From assembly GCA_034780895.1 (NCBI GenBank), contig JAUZTB010000098.1, forward strand, positions 78,660,508 to 78,724,507: a DNA stretch of 64,000 nt. The letters are read 5' to 3'. How positions within the stretch are numbered: position 1 is the first letter of the stretch; the number at the start of each line of letters is the position of its first letter. The stretch is from Rhynchobatus australiae (taxonomy: Eukaryota). Below are positions 13,014 to 24,500 of this stretch, in pieces. The notes below the pieces were generated by a model. The model was not told where the DNA came from and searched no databases. It saw only the letters and a program-made list of their open reading frames with translations. The translations under genes were made by a program, and so were the position numbers.

Positions 13014-16000
13014 NNNNNNNNNNNNNNNNNNNNNNNNNNNNNNNNNNNNNNNNNNNNNNNNNNNNNNNNNNNNNNNNNNNNNNNNNNNNNNNNNNNNNNN
13101 NNNNNNNNNNNNNNNNNNNNNNNNNNNNNNNNNNNNNNNNNNNNNNNNNNNNNNNNNNNNNNNNNNNNNNNNNNNNNNNNNNNNNNNNNNNNNNNNNNNN
13201 NNNNNNNNNNNNNNNNNNNNNNNNNNNNNNNNNNNNNNNNNTATTACAGGCACATTGGGAACAGTAATAAGCCTTGAATCATGTTTCATCTGCGTCTCAA
13301 CTCCATTTTTGCACCTTTGCTTCATATCCTTTGATGACCTACTTAACAAACCCACTCTGTATTTTTTTCTCTCTGAGTACTTCTTGAGTTACTGTGAAGC
13401 ACAGCCTTCTTCAGGTGGTCTCAAGTCATGTACCAGTCAGCAAAGCCATCCATTGTGGTTGGCATGGACTAAAAGTTGTTCCCTCAACAGTCTCATTGTT
13501 GGTGGTCTCTTGCTTCCAAGTGGTTCCAAAGATTTTTTTGGAACTTTGAAGTTAGAAGCTGCTCAGCTGACAGTGAGGAGACCAGAAGCAGTGGCAGGAG
13601 TTCCTGGAATTTAACCCCAGAGAATCAAAACTTTGAGGAGTAGGATTGAATTTAAGAATTAATGAGGGGAAAAAGTATCAATTGCATTGCATGATTTACC
13701 TTTCCAACATCTATAATAGTCACTGTTAAGTTTAGCTGAGTGTGAAATGAAATATCTGAATATAATTTAAGAGCATCTCTATTATAATTAGACATGCATT
13801 AAATGTCAAACTGCCAGCAATTTCAAGTAACCTGCATGAAAGAATTAATATTTTGTATTCTGTTGCATTGGATTATATAATAAGTCACGAACTTGTCTAC
13901 AAGTTAGTCTGCACTTTGATAAGAGTGAGATTTTATGTAGTGATGTCAATCCTTTGAGTATGCTGTTGCTCATATTCATTGAGTTAAATCAAAGATCCAG
14001 CAAATCTGGTCATGTGAGTTAGTCTTAAAGTTCTCCTGAGGTTAAAGCCAAAGCCATAATGCCATTGCTCCACTGCTAGAGAAGGTGCTGATGTGTCCAT
14101 CTATATTGTCACCAAATTGTTGACAGTTTTCTACAGTTAATTCAGGTGATGCAGCAGCATATTCTCTCATTTTGTTAGGGCACAGACAGCAGGTCCGATA
14201 AATAGTAATGATAAATGGAGGATATAATAAATGGGTTACCAGTTGGCTTACAAGTCATTGAGGGCAGAAAGTTGCATGTAAACCTGAACACANNNNNNNN
14301 NNNNNNNNNNNNNNNNNNNNNNNNNNNNNNNATGTAGTAGGTGTTTACCACTGGGAAGAGATACGTGCATTGTAGTGATCACTCATGCACATCTAGTTGA
14401 GCCAGTTCTGACTGGATAACAGTTGAAGCTGGCAAATTCATACAAGACTATTTCCCTGAAAAAAAACAATTCATCCCCACACCTTTTCCACGTCTCTTGG
14501 AGGCATGACAGCTGCCAGTCATTCTCAAGGGGAGAGTATCTTGCTCAAGGGAACTCAACTGAAGGGAAAGGAAAAGAGGAAATTTAATAGGATTACACAA
14601 CATATTGAGCATGTGCACACACACATATATAACCATGCACCCATTTCCCTGTGCAGAGCTCTCAAATTTCAGTTATGCTTCCACAGGAATACAACAAAGC
14701 TATTGCCCCTTTTCATGATATAATACAGATTAAGAGAGGAGAAAATTACCACTTCACCCATTGAAATTTGTCAAAAGCCCATAAATTGAGGAGAAATACT
14801 GGTACATCGTTAAGGTCACAATACAACTTGAAGTTGAATGACAATGAATGCAGCTTCTCTGGTGTACAGGACAAAGGCTTTATCCAAATTGAACCCAGAA
14901 GATTTCATAATCCTGGTCTGTAAATCAGCTGATCTTCGCCGAAGCCTCAAGAGTACTGTTGGTATCTTTGGGCAGACAGGTTTAAAATCTGTTTGACAAG
15001 AAGTAACTTGCTTTAATTTTTTATCAATTTGTCTCACCAAAAATGAAAAAAAAAATCATCTCTTCAATTTAATTCAATTGAATGTTGCAAGCTTTATTCC
15101 TTGATGTAGAATTCATGAACACCACTCCCATGAACACCAGAAGTGTCCCTGCTGTTAATGGCAATTGAATCATTTCATATTTTTGACATCAGACCAATTT
15201 TAGTGGTGTGGTAATTTTACAAGTGGGTCATGTCAGTGGACAACTGGGAGTAGGTGGAAGAAAGGACAAAATGTTTTTTTGTCGGAATCACAGATGAGTG
15301 CTTGTCTTTCCTTTTTGGTTTTATTTTTAAGGACCTGGGATTATGTTTTCAAATTTATCTCCAATGCACATTCTAGCAACAGTGATCCTTTATTTAATTT
15401 CCACTCCATTAAAATTTAGCTTTCATTTAATGGGTTTGTATGAGTCTGCATACATTAGCATCTGGTCATTTCCTCCTTATCATACTTATTTCAAGTTTGA
15501 TGCGTATCTGGCTTATATGGGCATAATTATGGGTTGTGCTGTGTAAGCAGCACATTTTGCTAAGAAATCAGTGGTAAGTTAAAGCTGTCATTAATTGCTT
15601 GCCTGCAGATTTAACCATCTAGTGTATGGATGTTAGGCTTCAGCAGTTTATGAAATCTTTTATACTTTTCATTTACTTCTGTAACACTATTGTGGCTAAG
15701 GAGACAACTTGCATCCTTTCAGTTTGGAATAATGTTAATCATCCATTCATAACCCAAAGACAAAAAACAAAAAAAAATTTCATTTGTGCTAATAACTTAT
15801 TCAAAAACGGGTTGCAAGTGAGCTCAGGTGGAAGGCAGGTTGTTGCACAAGTATTCTCAGTACGATTTGCATATTATTGATATTTATGGCAGAGAAAGGA
15901 GACCATGTGCCCCATGGCAGCCAAAAGAGCAGCAATGAAGGTTACTCCCACTTTCCAGCTCTTGGTCTGTGGTCTTGCGGTCATGGTTCTTCAAGTGCTC

Positions 16001-16674
16001 TTCCAAGTACTTTTACTGTGATGAAGGTTTCTTCTTCCTGACAGTTGTTTCCAGACTATTTTTTCATGATTTTTTTCCCCATTCAACTTCACTGTAATCC
16101 TTTCACACTGCATCTTAAATATTTGAATTAGTATAGTCAAAACAGAGAAATGATCACTGATTATATGACTCTTTTGGGGAATTTTCTGTGTAAAAGATAG
16201 CAGGTACTGATATCTGCTGCTTTGCACAAAGCCAAAGTAAATTGACAGATGCAGTTATCTACTTAATAGTGGTCACTCATCTTTAAAGGTAATTAATTCA
16301 GAATCTTTCTGATCCTCTGCCTCTGAACTTTTTGTTTATCCAGCTGCAGCTATACGACATACTCCTCTTCTCTGCTTCATAACTTCATTGCATTTAGGAT
16401 ATTTCATTACTTGCTATTCTAAATTATCCTTTCCAAAGAGACTCTAAAACTGTGGAGTTAATTTTTCGCAGTTTTCCTTTCTGGTACAGATTTGCAACTT
16501 TCAAAATCTTACTATCTGCACTTCAACATTACTTTCCAAATTATTGTATCTTCTCTTTTCATTCCTCTAACATCTGTAATACTGTCAACTATTGTTGTGA
16601 CTATTCACTTGGAGCCAAAAAAATTGTTGATCTGTATTATGTAATTGTGTCAAAATAAGTTTCCTGAACTCACA

Positions 16675-17290
16675 TATAACATAGAACATAGAACAGTGCT
16701 GCACAGGAACAGGCCCTTCGGCCCATGGTGTTGTGCTGAGTTAATTAAGCTAATGACGCCTAATCCCTTCTGCCTGCACGTGGTCCATATCCTCCCATTC
16801 CCTGCACATTCAAGTACCTATCTAAGAGCCTCTTAAACACCTCAGTCGTATCTGCCTGCACCACCACCCCTGGCAGTACATTCCAGGCACCCACCACTCT
16901 CTATGTAAAGAAAACCTGCCTCTCACATCTCCTTTGAACTTTCCTCCTCTCTCCTTAAATGTATGCCCTCTAGTATTAGACTTTTCAACCCTGAGAAAGA
17001 GATACCGGCAGTCTACTCTATCTATGCCTATCATAATTTTATAAATTTCTGTCAGGTCTCCCCTCAGCCTCTGCCACTCCAGAGAAAACAACCCAAGTTT
17101 GTCCAACCTCTCCTTTTTGTACATGCCCTCTAATCTAGGCATCATCCTGTTTAAACCTTTAATGCACCCTCTCCAAAGCCTCCATGTCCTTCCTATAATG
17201 GGGCAACCAGAAAATTAATTCACTCCTCCAGATGTGGCCTAACCAGAGTTTTATAAAACTGTAACATAACCTCCTGACTCTTGAACTCAA
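16675..17290 (-). mobile_element. CR1 LINE 3' end
   Basis: ORF 16822-17145(-): ERLDKLGLFSLE..RLRGDL.E.YKIM.G.DRVD...TRGH; tail (ttctatg)n at ~16680-16695. Confidence 0.92.
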
Positions 17291-18389
17291 GTGTGTCAAG
17301 AGTTGTGTCACAAGTCACTTTTATGCATCCCTGAAGTGGATACCTCAGACGCTCCATGACTCTATCCTCAAGCCAAATGTAGACCCTGTCAGGACTTGAT
17401 AAGAACAGGTCTTTTTAGTGGTGAAGCACAAGTCCTCTGCACTTAACACCAGCATGGATCTAGCACAAAAGTATTGTACTCTTCNNNNNNNNNNNNNNNN
17501 NNNNNNNNNNNNNNNAAATGTCTTGGCTAATTGGTTGGTTGAGGTTTGTGCCATGCTCTAAGGAAACCTAAACAGGGGAGAAAGATTTTCTGGAAGAAGG
17601 AAAATTTTTAAAAATGTATTCAAGAGCAGGATGTTATGATATTCTGCATTTCAGAACAGTTCAAATGAGCCAAGAGGGATGCCACGTAAATAATCAGTAT
17701 TGGGTTTGTTTAGAGAGTGTCTTTTTGGTTTCAAAAACGGCTAATGATGCTTTGAGGATTGCATCATTTTGCAAGCAGACATGTCATTTTTATTTTCCTT
17801 GATGGACCAAATATGACCCATCAGGATAACTCTTGTCTGAATGAGCTATTACAAAAAACAAATCTGTCAATTTTGTATTGATAAGTACTCCTTTCAGCCA
17901 TCATTGCTATTAATGATATTCTCAACTTGACCCCAAGGACCAACAAGCCTGCAGCTACTGCATGGATTTTGCCTTTTCTGTAGGGGAGTATAGATCTCTG
18001 ATGGGAAATTGACATNNNNNNNNNNNNNNNNNNNNNNCATGCTGCAGAGAGTTGCACTGAACTGACTTTAAATCAAATGAAGTAAGATGGAAAATGGGCA
18101 ATCATTCTCTAATGAAAAACTGAAGCGATGCAGTTTTAGATATCAAAATACATTAATAATCTAGCTTTGGAAGATCAGTAATCATACAGCAGTATCTAAA
18201 ATCAGTGCTCATTTACTTTTATTTTAAAATTGATTGCATTCCAATCTGGTAATTGTTAGCATTCCAATTTGTTGTATGTCTGTTAAGTTCTGTTAACTTT
18301 GGGTACTGCAAAATACACTTTCATTTTTTGTAGCACAAATTGCATGTCTCCTGATGCAGCTCTAATTAGATATTCATATTTCCTCACAG

Positions 18390-18672
18390 CATAGAAGGAG
18401 GCCATTCAGCCCATGAAGTCTACACCAGCTCTCTGGGCATTAATCCCATTACCCCACTTACTTCCCTGTGAGCTATTCTCTCACACATGCCCATTGACAA
18501 CCTCTGTTTCTCCCACCAACAACCAACACAAGGAGTAATTTACAGTAGCCAATCAACCTGCCAGACTGCACATGTTTTGGAATGTGGAAGGAAACCAGAG
18601 TATCTGGTGTGGGAGGACGGGTGTGGGGGTTTGGAAGAGACCAACAAGGAAAATGGGAAAACTCCACTGTGC
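18390..18672 (-). mobile_element. V-SINE (HE1-like)
   Basis: Reverse complement contains the V-domain ctggtttccttccacattccaaaacatgtgc and a CR1-like tail. Confidence 0.8.
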
Positions 18673-18772
18673 NNNNNNNNNNNNNNNNNNNNNNNNNNNN
18701 NNNNNNNNNNNNNNNNNNNNNNNNNNNNNNNNNNNNNNNNNNNNNNNNNNNNNNNNNNNNNNNNNNNNNNNN

Positions 18773-19205
18773 TGCTACCTTTAAACACACCAGGGCTCCA
18801 TTTCCATGCTACCTTTGAACTCATTGGAGATGAATTTCCTTATTCTCTTTGAATTCACTGGAGCCCCGAATTCCACACTCACTTTAAACACACCTGGCTC
18901 TGTTTTTGTGCTCTGTTCAAACTCATAGGGCCCTGTTTTCCATGCTCTCTTTCAGTTGACTGGGACCCCATTGTTTGTGATCTCTTTAAACTCACTGGGA
19001 CTCTGTTTCCCACACTCCCTTTAAACATACTTCATTTTTGTTCCAGTTCTCACTTTAAAAACATGGAGAGAAAATTAATTATACCTCTGTATAACATCTA
19101 AAAATATAATTAAAATATGTTGAGGTATTATTCAGAGTAATATCCAGTAATCTGGAAAATCAGCTAGTCCAGCACCACCAAATTCCCGGAGTGCCAGTTT
19201 TATAT
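18773..19205 (+). mobile_element. Non-autonomous DNA transposon/MITE-like relic with internal ~34-35 bp degenerate tandem array
   Basis: About 9 units like ctctttaaactcactgggactctgtttcccaca (18773-19060), then a block ctggaaaatcagctagtccagcaccaccaaa shared with 62160-62192. Confidence 0.6.
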
Positions 19206-19979
19206 ATAAACTGGTATGAGATGTTTTCTTAAATCAACCAAAAAAGGACATAATTTGCATTTTATATCCCAACTTATAGGGGAAGCAAAACAGTAAGTTT
19301 GCTAATAATAGTAAGCCTCTGGGTTTGAACACAGTCTCCTGTTTAAACCTGTTAAATAAGAGTGATGGGGCTGAAAAAGAAACTAAGATTTGATCATCTT
19401 AGCTTTACTAGATAAGGCTGTCAAAAGAACAAATTACATTACAAGGTAAGCAGTTGGCATTAAAATAATCCTGCCTACAAGTTAAATATATTGCAAAAAT
19501 GTTTCAGGGTTCAATAAATAAAAAATTTGATTTTCGAACCAACAGAACAGAAGAAGTGTTGGAAAGGAATGTAGATCACCAAATGCTTCAAGAAAGAATT
19601 AAATATTTTTATGGAAAGCTTCAGCCTTTATTCACATTTACTTTATGCTATTTTGTTCATTCTAGAAGTTTTAAAGTTAATCTTTTGGCAATTCCATCAA
19701 TTTGTTATCAGCTTGATATCTTCAAAAAATCTGTGTAGTTTCCCCGATCTATTGAATGGTTTCTTATGACCATAATTGCTGGACTCTGGATCTGTCACTA
19801 TTACCTCCATTTGATTTCTTTATAACATTAGTGTTCTAATCTTGTTCTCTGTTAAGAGAGGACTTTGCAGGAAAGTCTTAAGAACTTCAGACAAAACTAC
19901 TGTCAGAATGGAGGTGCAGAACAAGTGTTGACTGACCTAAAAGAAGGTCGAGCACTACATTAGTCAAATCAGATACTCG

Positions 19980-20260
19980 AATCATACTGCACAGAAACAA
20001 GCCCTTCAGCATTCATTCCAATTTTAATTTCCCCACATCCCTATCAACTCCCCCCAGATTCTACCACTCACTTACACACCAGGGACAATTTACACTGGCC
20101 AATTAACCTATTAACCCACATGTCTTTGTGATGTGGGAGAAAACCCATGCAGTCACAGGGGGAGCATGCAAACTGCACGCAGACAGCACCAGAGGTCAGG
20201 ATTGAAGCTGCCTTATTGGAGTTATGAGGTAGCTGCTCGACTAGCTGACCCATTGTCCCA
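19980..20260 (-). mobile_element. V-SINE (HE1-like)
   Basis: tRNA-like head at ~20200-20260, V-domain (gggttttctcccacatcacaaagacatgtg on - strand) and CR1-like tail. Confidence 0.85.
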
Positions 20261-20409
20261 TCCTGAGGCATACTGGGAAATGAGGATAGGGGGCGGGGGA
20301 GAGAGTTATCACATTGAAGATGTGCAAAGGAGAACCTTTACATGAAACCTGAAGTCAATGAATATGCAGAAGAATGCAGGAAATACATAATTCCTAGCAT
20401 TTGTCCAAA

Positions 20410-20625
20410 TCAAGTCAAGTTTATTGTCATATGCACAAGTACAGGTGAAATGAAACATTCACTTGCAACAGCATCAAAGGCAGATAGTATTAGAGACACA
20501 GCACTCACAAGGAAAACATTAATTAAACATAAATTATACAAAATTATACAAGAAAGAACACAATTAGGATGAAAAACAAAACAAATCCTATCATAGTGCA
20601 AAGTGGTCACAGTATTGCTATACTG
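20410..20625 (-). mobile_element. Rex1/Babar-like LINE 3'UTR fragment
   Basis: Near copy of 12700-12925 (caagtcaagtttattgtcatatgcacaa...). Confidence 0.75.
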
Positions 20626-22666
20626 TCAAGTTTTCAAAAAGAAGTTTCAAATCTTTGAAAGATCACTGCTGATGACCACTGGTTCTTGTTACTGCTCAGT
20701 TGTGTTGCATTATATAGTATAGGTGTTCAAAGTGGGGTCCACAACCATCGAGTGGATCTCAGGATGTTTAAAAAAAAAATGAATCTCTGTCCCTTTAAGT
20801 AAGCACTGGATCCAAGACAAGAGAATTTCTTATTGTTTGGTCATGTGGGTGAATCATTAAAGTGGGTCACCTAAAAAATAGATTAAAGACACTGCTTTAC
20901 AGAACACGTAGAATAAAAAAGGAGTGGATTCTATCAGTGCTAGCCCACACTTGGGATATTTTTCATTTTTGGGAGAGTAAGGAAAAGCTCAGTGGAAGGG
21001 AAGTTCAAGTGGATAATTCAACAAGAAACCAGTTTGCTGCCATTGGTTTTCAGATCCCAAATAAAAGTGTAAGGTCCCCACCATTTTCCTCATCTGCAGT
21101 TTGCTCAGTATTGAGAAAAGTTCCTTTTCTTTACACTGGTGCACTGATCAGAATAACAATACCACAAGCCTCAAATGATAAGATACATTCAACATTTTAG
21201 TTGACCAGGGGCATTGCTTGGAAGTCAGCTATTACGACTCACTTTTATGCCTTATCTCACTACTGCATTCATTAGTAGAGATCTGAGCACAACTTGGTTC
21301 TTGTTTTTGAGAAGCCATTCTTCCTGCCATCTCTGTCGAAATAAGGGAACACAAAATGCAGGTAAGCTGCCAAGGAATTTAGGGCTGATGTGGATAATCC
21401 ACAACTGATGATCACAAATCACTGCACACTGCGAGTGTGTAGTCTTTTGCAATTGACAGGTTGCCTTGATTTGGAAGGTTTGCGTTGCCACTTGAATGCG
21501 GTGAATAATGAGATCTGTGATAAAAGTGATGTTTTTTGTCAGCTATTGTCACTCCTGGGAGAAGAATCATAATTTCTGTTGCAACAATGAATCGCAGTTT
21601 GACTAACAATGCAAATATGGACCACAAAGGAGGTGGTGAGCAGGTGGTGCCCGTAATATACAAATTAAGTCCTTTGCTATAACTGCCAGTTCCGTGTGAC
21701 CAAAAATTGTATGTTGGCAGATTATCCTCCTGAAATGGTCATATCGAATGGGTGTCACTACCACCTAACTGAAACATGTAATTCTTGGACACTATTCCTT
21801 TGATAAACTGAGATGGCTATGCTGACGGTGATGCATCTGCTGAATGGAATAGTACCAAGGACAGTGGGTTCATCATTGATGGATTCATCAGGCTGAAGAT
21901 GGCTGTGCCTGGCTGGTCCTCTTTCACCTTGATGCGCATTGCAACTTTTCAGTGGGTGCACGGATGATCTATTGAAAGGAAATGTAAACACTAGGGAAGG
22001 CAGGAAACCATCGCCAATCCCAAAAGTATGAACAAAAATACATACAATTAAAGAAACAACAGAGAATATCGATTCAGTGAAAATCACTTCAGTTAATTGA
22101 ATTAAATTCTCTATCAGAGCCAAATAAACATTTGTTGTGTCTAATGAGTAGAGTTGAAGTCAGTTTTTTGTAACTGATTTCACCCTTTTACTTTTTAATG
22201 TGTGCTTCAGATCATAATCCTGAATTGCTCTGACCAATGTACTGTAATTTTCATATTTGTAACACCTGAGGGAGAGATTGCATGCTCTTTGGTTGATTGA
22301 CAGTTTCAATTTTCGTGGTTAACTGAGCTTATCTTGTTGACATAATGATCCTGCATTAGGATGGAGCTAACTATTCCTGTTTCAGGTGAGGAAAACTGTG
22401 GAAAACTTAAACACACAGGAAGTTATGTTAAAGAGTGCAGAGATAAGGAACTAACAAATGATTGATGGATAACTTTAGATTATGCATATTAACTGACAGA
22501 GGAAAAGATCAGTAAGTCTAGTTTCTTGGTCTCTTAATGTTTTACAATCCTATTTGATGTGATTTCTGTCTGAAAAGACTGTTTAGACTCAAGGTTGAAC
22601 TTTAGTGCTAATTCAAATTCATTAGTAATATTTCTGTCCTGACAAGCAGTGACATCAAATAACATG

Positions 22667-22767
22667 CCTTCATTCCCTCCCCTCTCTCTCCCTCGCTCTC
22701 TTTCTTTCTTCTCTCTCTCTCTATTGTCTCTCCCCCTCTCTCTCTCTCCCTCTCCCTCTCCCTCTCT
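22667..22767 (+). repeat. ~100 nt CT-rich tract serving as polypyrimidine tract of the terminal exon
   Basis: Imperfect (CT)n/(CCCTCT)n directly abutting the TAG acceptor. Confidence 0.9.
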
Positions 22768-22769
22768 AG

Positions 22770-22952
22770 GAATTCAAGCCCTTCAGTGAGAATGGTACAG
22801 CTCTTCCTACACATCAGTTCTGGGGCAGTGAGAAGTACTTCAGCACAAGCCTGTTGCCATGGAACCTGAAAAGCTCCAGAGTGAAGATACTGTACATGGG
22901 TCTGGCTGTGTTGACAGTGATAACAGCTGTAACTATGGCAATATTCAGATAG
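22770..22952 (+). CDS. CDKAL1: CDKAL1 terminal coding exon with C-terminal transmembrane tail anchor
   Basis: Not in the ORF track. Hand translation gives EFKPFSENGTALPTHQFWGSEKYFSTSLLPWNLKSSRVKILYMGLAVLTVITAVTMAIFR* (60 aa + TAG). It is in phase with the previous exon, has a strong acceptor, and its length and hydrophobic end (..GLA.L..) parallel the vertebrate CDKAL1 C-terminus. Confidence 0.9.
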   Translation, partial: EFKPFSENGTALPTHQFWGSEKYFSTSLLPWNLKSSRVKILYMGLAVLTVITAVTMAIFR

Positions 22953-23830
22953 GTCCCTTGCTGAAAACTGAGTTGCATTCTACATGTAAAGAGATCCAGG
23001 AGATGTTGTTTCAGTATATTTACACACTATACAGAGAATATTTTTAAGGTATATGCAATGGTTGAACATTGAAAACTATCCTTTTATTTAAATGTAATTT
23101 GTAAAAGCCACTTTTTTATTTCTGCCAATGATAATTTCAACATGTAAAATCATGTTTCTGAGTGTATACCGTGTTAGCCAGTAAGAAGAGTATTTTTATT
23201 CAAATTGGAAATTTACCTCTGAGATTTTACATGTACAAAACTCAATAAAGCAATTGTTCTATTGCCAGTTTTAAATGTGCTAGCTTCCTTTTCTTGCCGT
23301 ATGTGCAATCCTAGTCCAATCAAATGTTTAGTCTCAAAACATTACGTTTGGTTAATTGGTACACTGTTGCACCTGATGAAACTGTTAATGGGAGAAGTAA
23401 GGCCCAAGTAAACTGAGTGGCCTTTGATACTGCCAAACTGCAAACTTGAATAGAAGCTCTGGCATGTCTTTCTGTTTTTGTTTACAGTGCGACTCCAGGA
23501 ATGAAATAAATTGATGAATGTGTGCCACCTTCAAACTTTATTTACAATCAAACATAATGTCGTAAAACACGCTTCCATGCTCTTGATGTGGTAGGAAGTC
23601 AAAGCACTTGACTTAATTATTACAATTAAAAATACTCTTTCCATTTTGTATGAAATATTTTGCACATAATGAGATTTATATTAACCAGATAAACAGGATC
23701 AGGCAGCACCTTGCATTTTAAATGTACTGGATTATATTTGATGTGCACTTGCTCATCTTAGACGTGGTTTTTGTCAGTTTGCTTTGTTGTTGCCTATGCT
23801 AATAAACCTTGTGATAGTGGAATTGGAAAC
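22953..23830 (+). other. CDKAL1: Probable CDKAL1 3'UTR with candidate polyadenylation signals
   Basis: AT-rich and repeat-free; AATAAA at 23244-23249, 23505-23510 and 23801-23806. The true end is unknown. Confidence 0.6.
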
Positions 23831-24364
23831 TCAGAAAGATAATGAGTATGATGTATTTAACAGCTACAGTGGATTTTGGGATTTGCTGCTAAGAGCATGT
23901 TTTGAAACCAAATCCATGGATGATCTTGTGGAAAGTGTGAAATAATAGTAGCCATGAAGGATATCTTGTCATGAAACTCTCCGAAGCTTTGAGTTAAAGT
24001 TTACAGATTTTATAATTTCACTTGGGGCATAGATAAAAGGTTAATTGTGCTGATTTATTCCAGAACCACTTGAGGATNNNNNNNNNNNNNNNNNNNNNNN
24101 NNNNNNNNNNNNNNNNNNNNNNNNNNNNNNNNNNNNNNNNNNNNNNNNNNNNNNNNNNNNNNNNNNNNNNNNNNNNNTGCTACACACACAACACCAGAGG
24201 GTTGGATCAAATCCTTGTAAAATGGCTTATTAGGCCACTTCAGAGGGAAGAAGAGTCAAGTACATTACTGTATAGGTATTGATTCACAATTAAACCAGGT
24301 AGGTAAGGATGGCTGTCTTCCATCCCAAAAACACATTTGTGATAAATTGTCATCAGTCTGTCAA

Positions 24365-24500
24365 TGTCATATATATAGCACTTTACACAACCATAGAGCT
24401 TCATTGCCAATGAGTACTTTTGGAATGTAGTCATTGTTGTAATGTAGGAAATATAACTTCTACTTTCCACTCAGCAAGATCTAGAAAGGAACGCGCAGCT
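24365..24500 (-). mobile_element. DeuSINE (SacSINE1-like) 3' fragment
   Basis: Reverse complement reads tttcctacattacaacaatgactacattccaaaagtactcattggc, the typical DeuSINE 3' portion. Confidence 0.7.

Larger units (their letters stand above)
3776..22769 (+). other. CDKAL1: Last intron of CDKAL1 (~19 kb including gaps)
   Basis: GT at 3776 and AG at 22768-22769 join the two phase-0 exons in frame (..GLTE|EFKP..). Confidence 0.88.

Noticed and set aside
19871-19946. Possible CDKAL1 cassette exon (ESLKNFRQNYCQNGGAEQVLTDLKE)
   Set aside because: The acceptor has several AGs just upstream, the donor GTCGAG is poor, and there is no similarity to CDKAL1.
21758-22123. 121-aa minus-strand ORF with a hydrophobic stretch
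   Set aside because: Non-ATG start, no recognisable family, antisense within an intron; likely chance.
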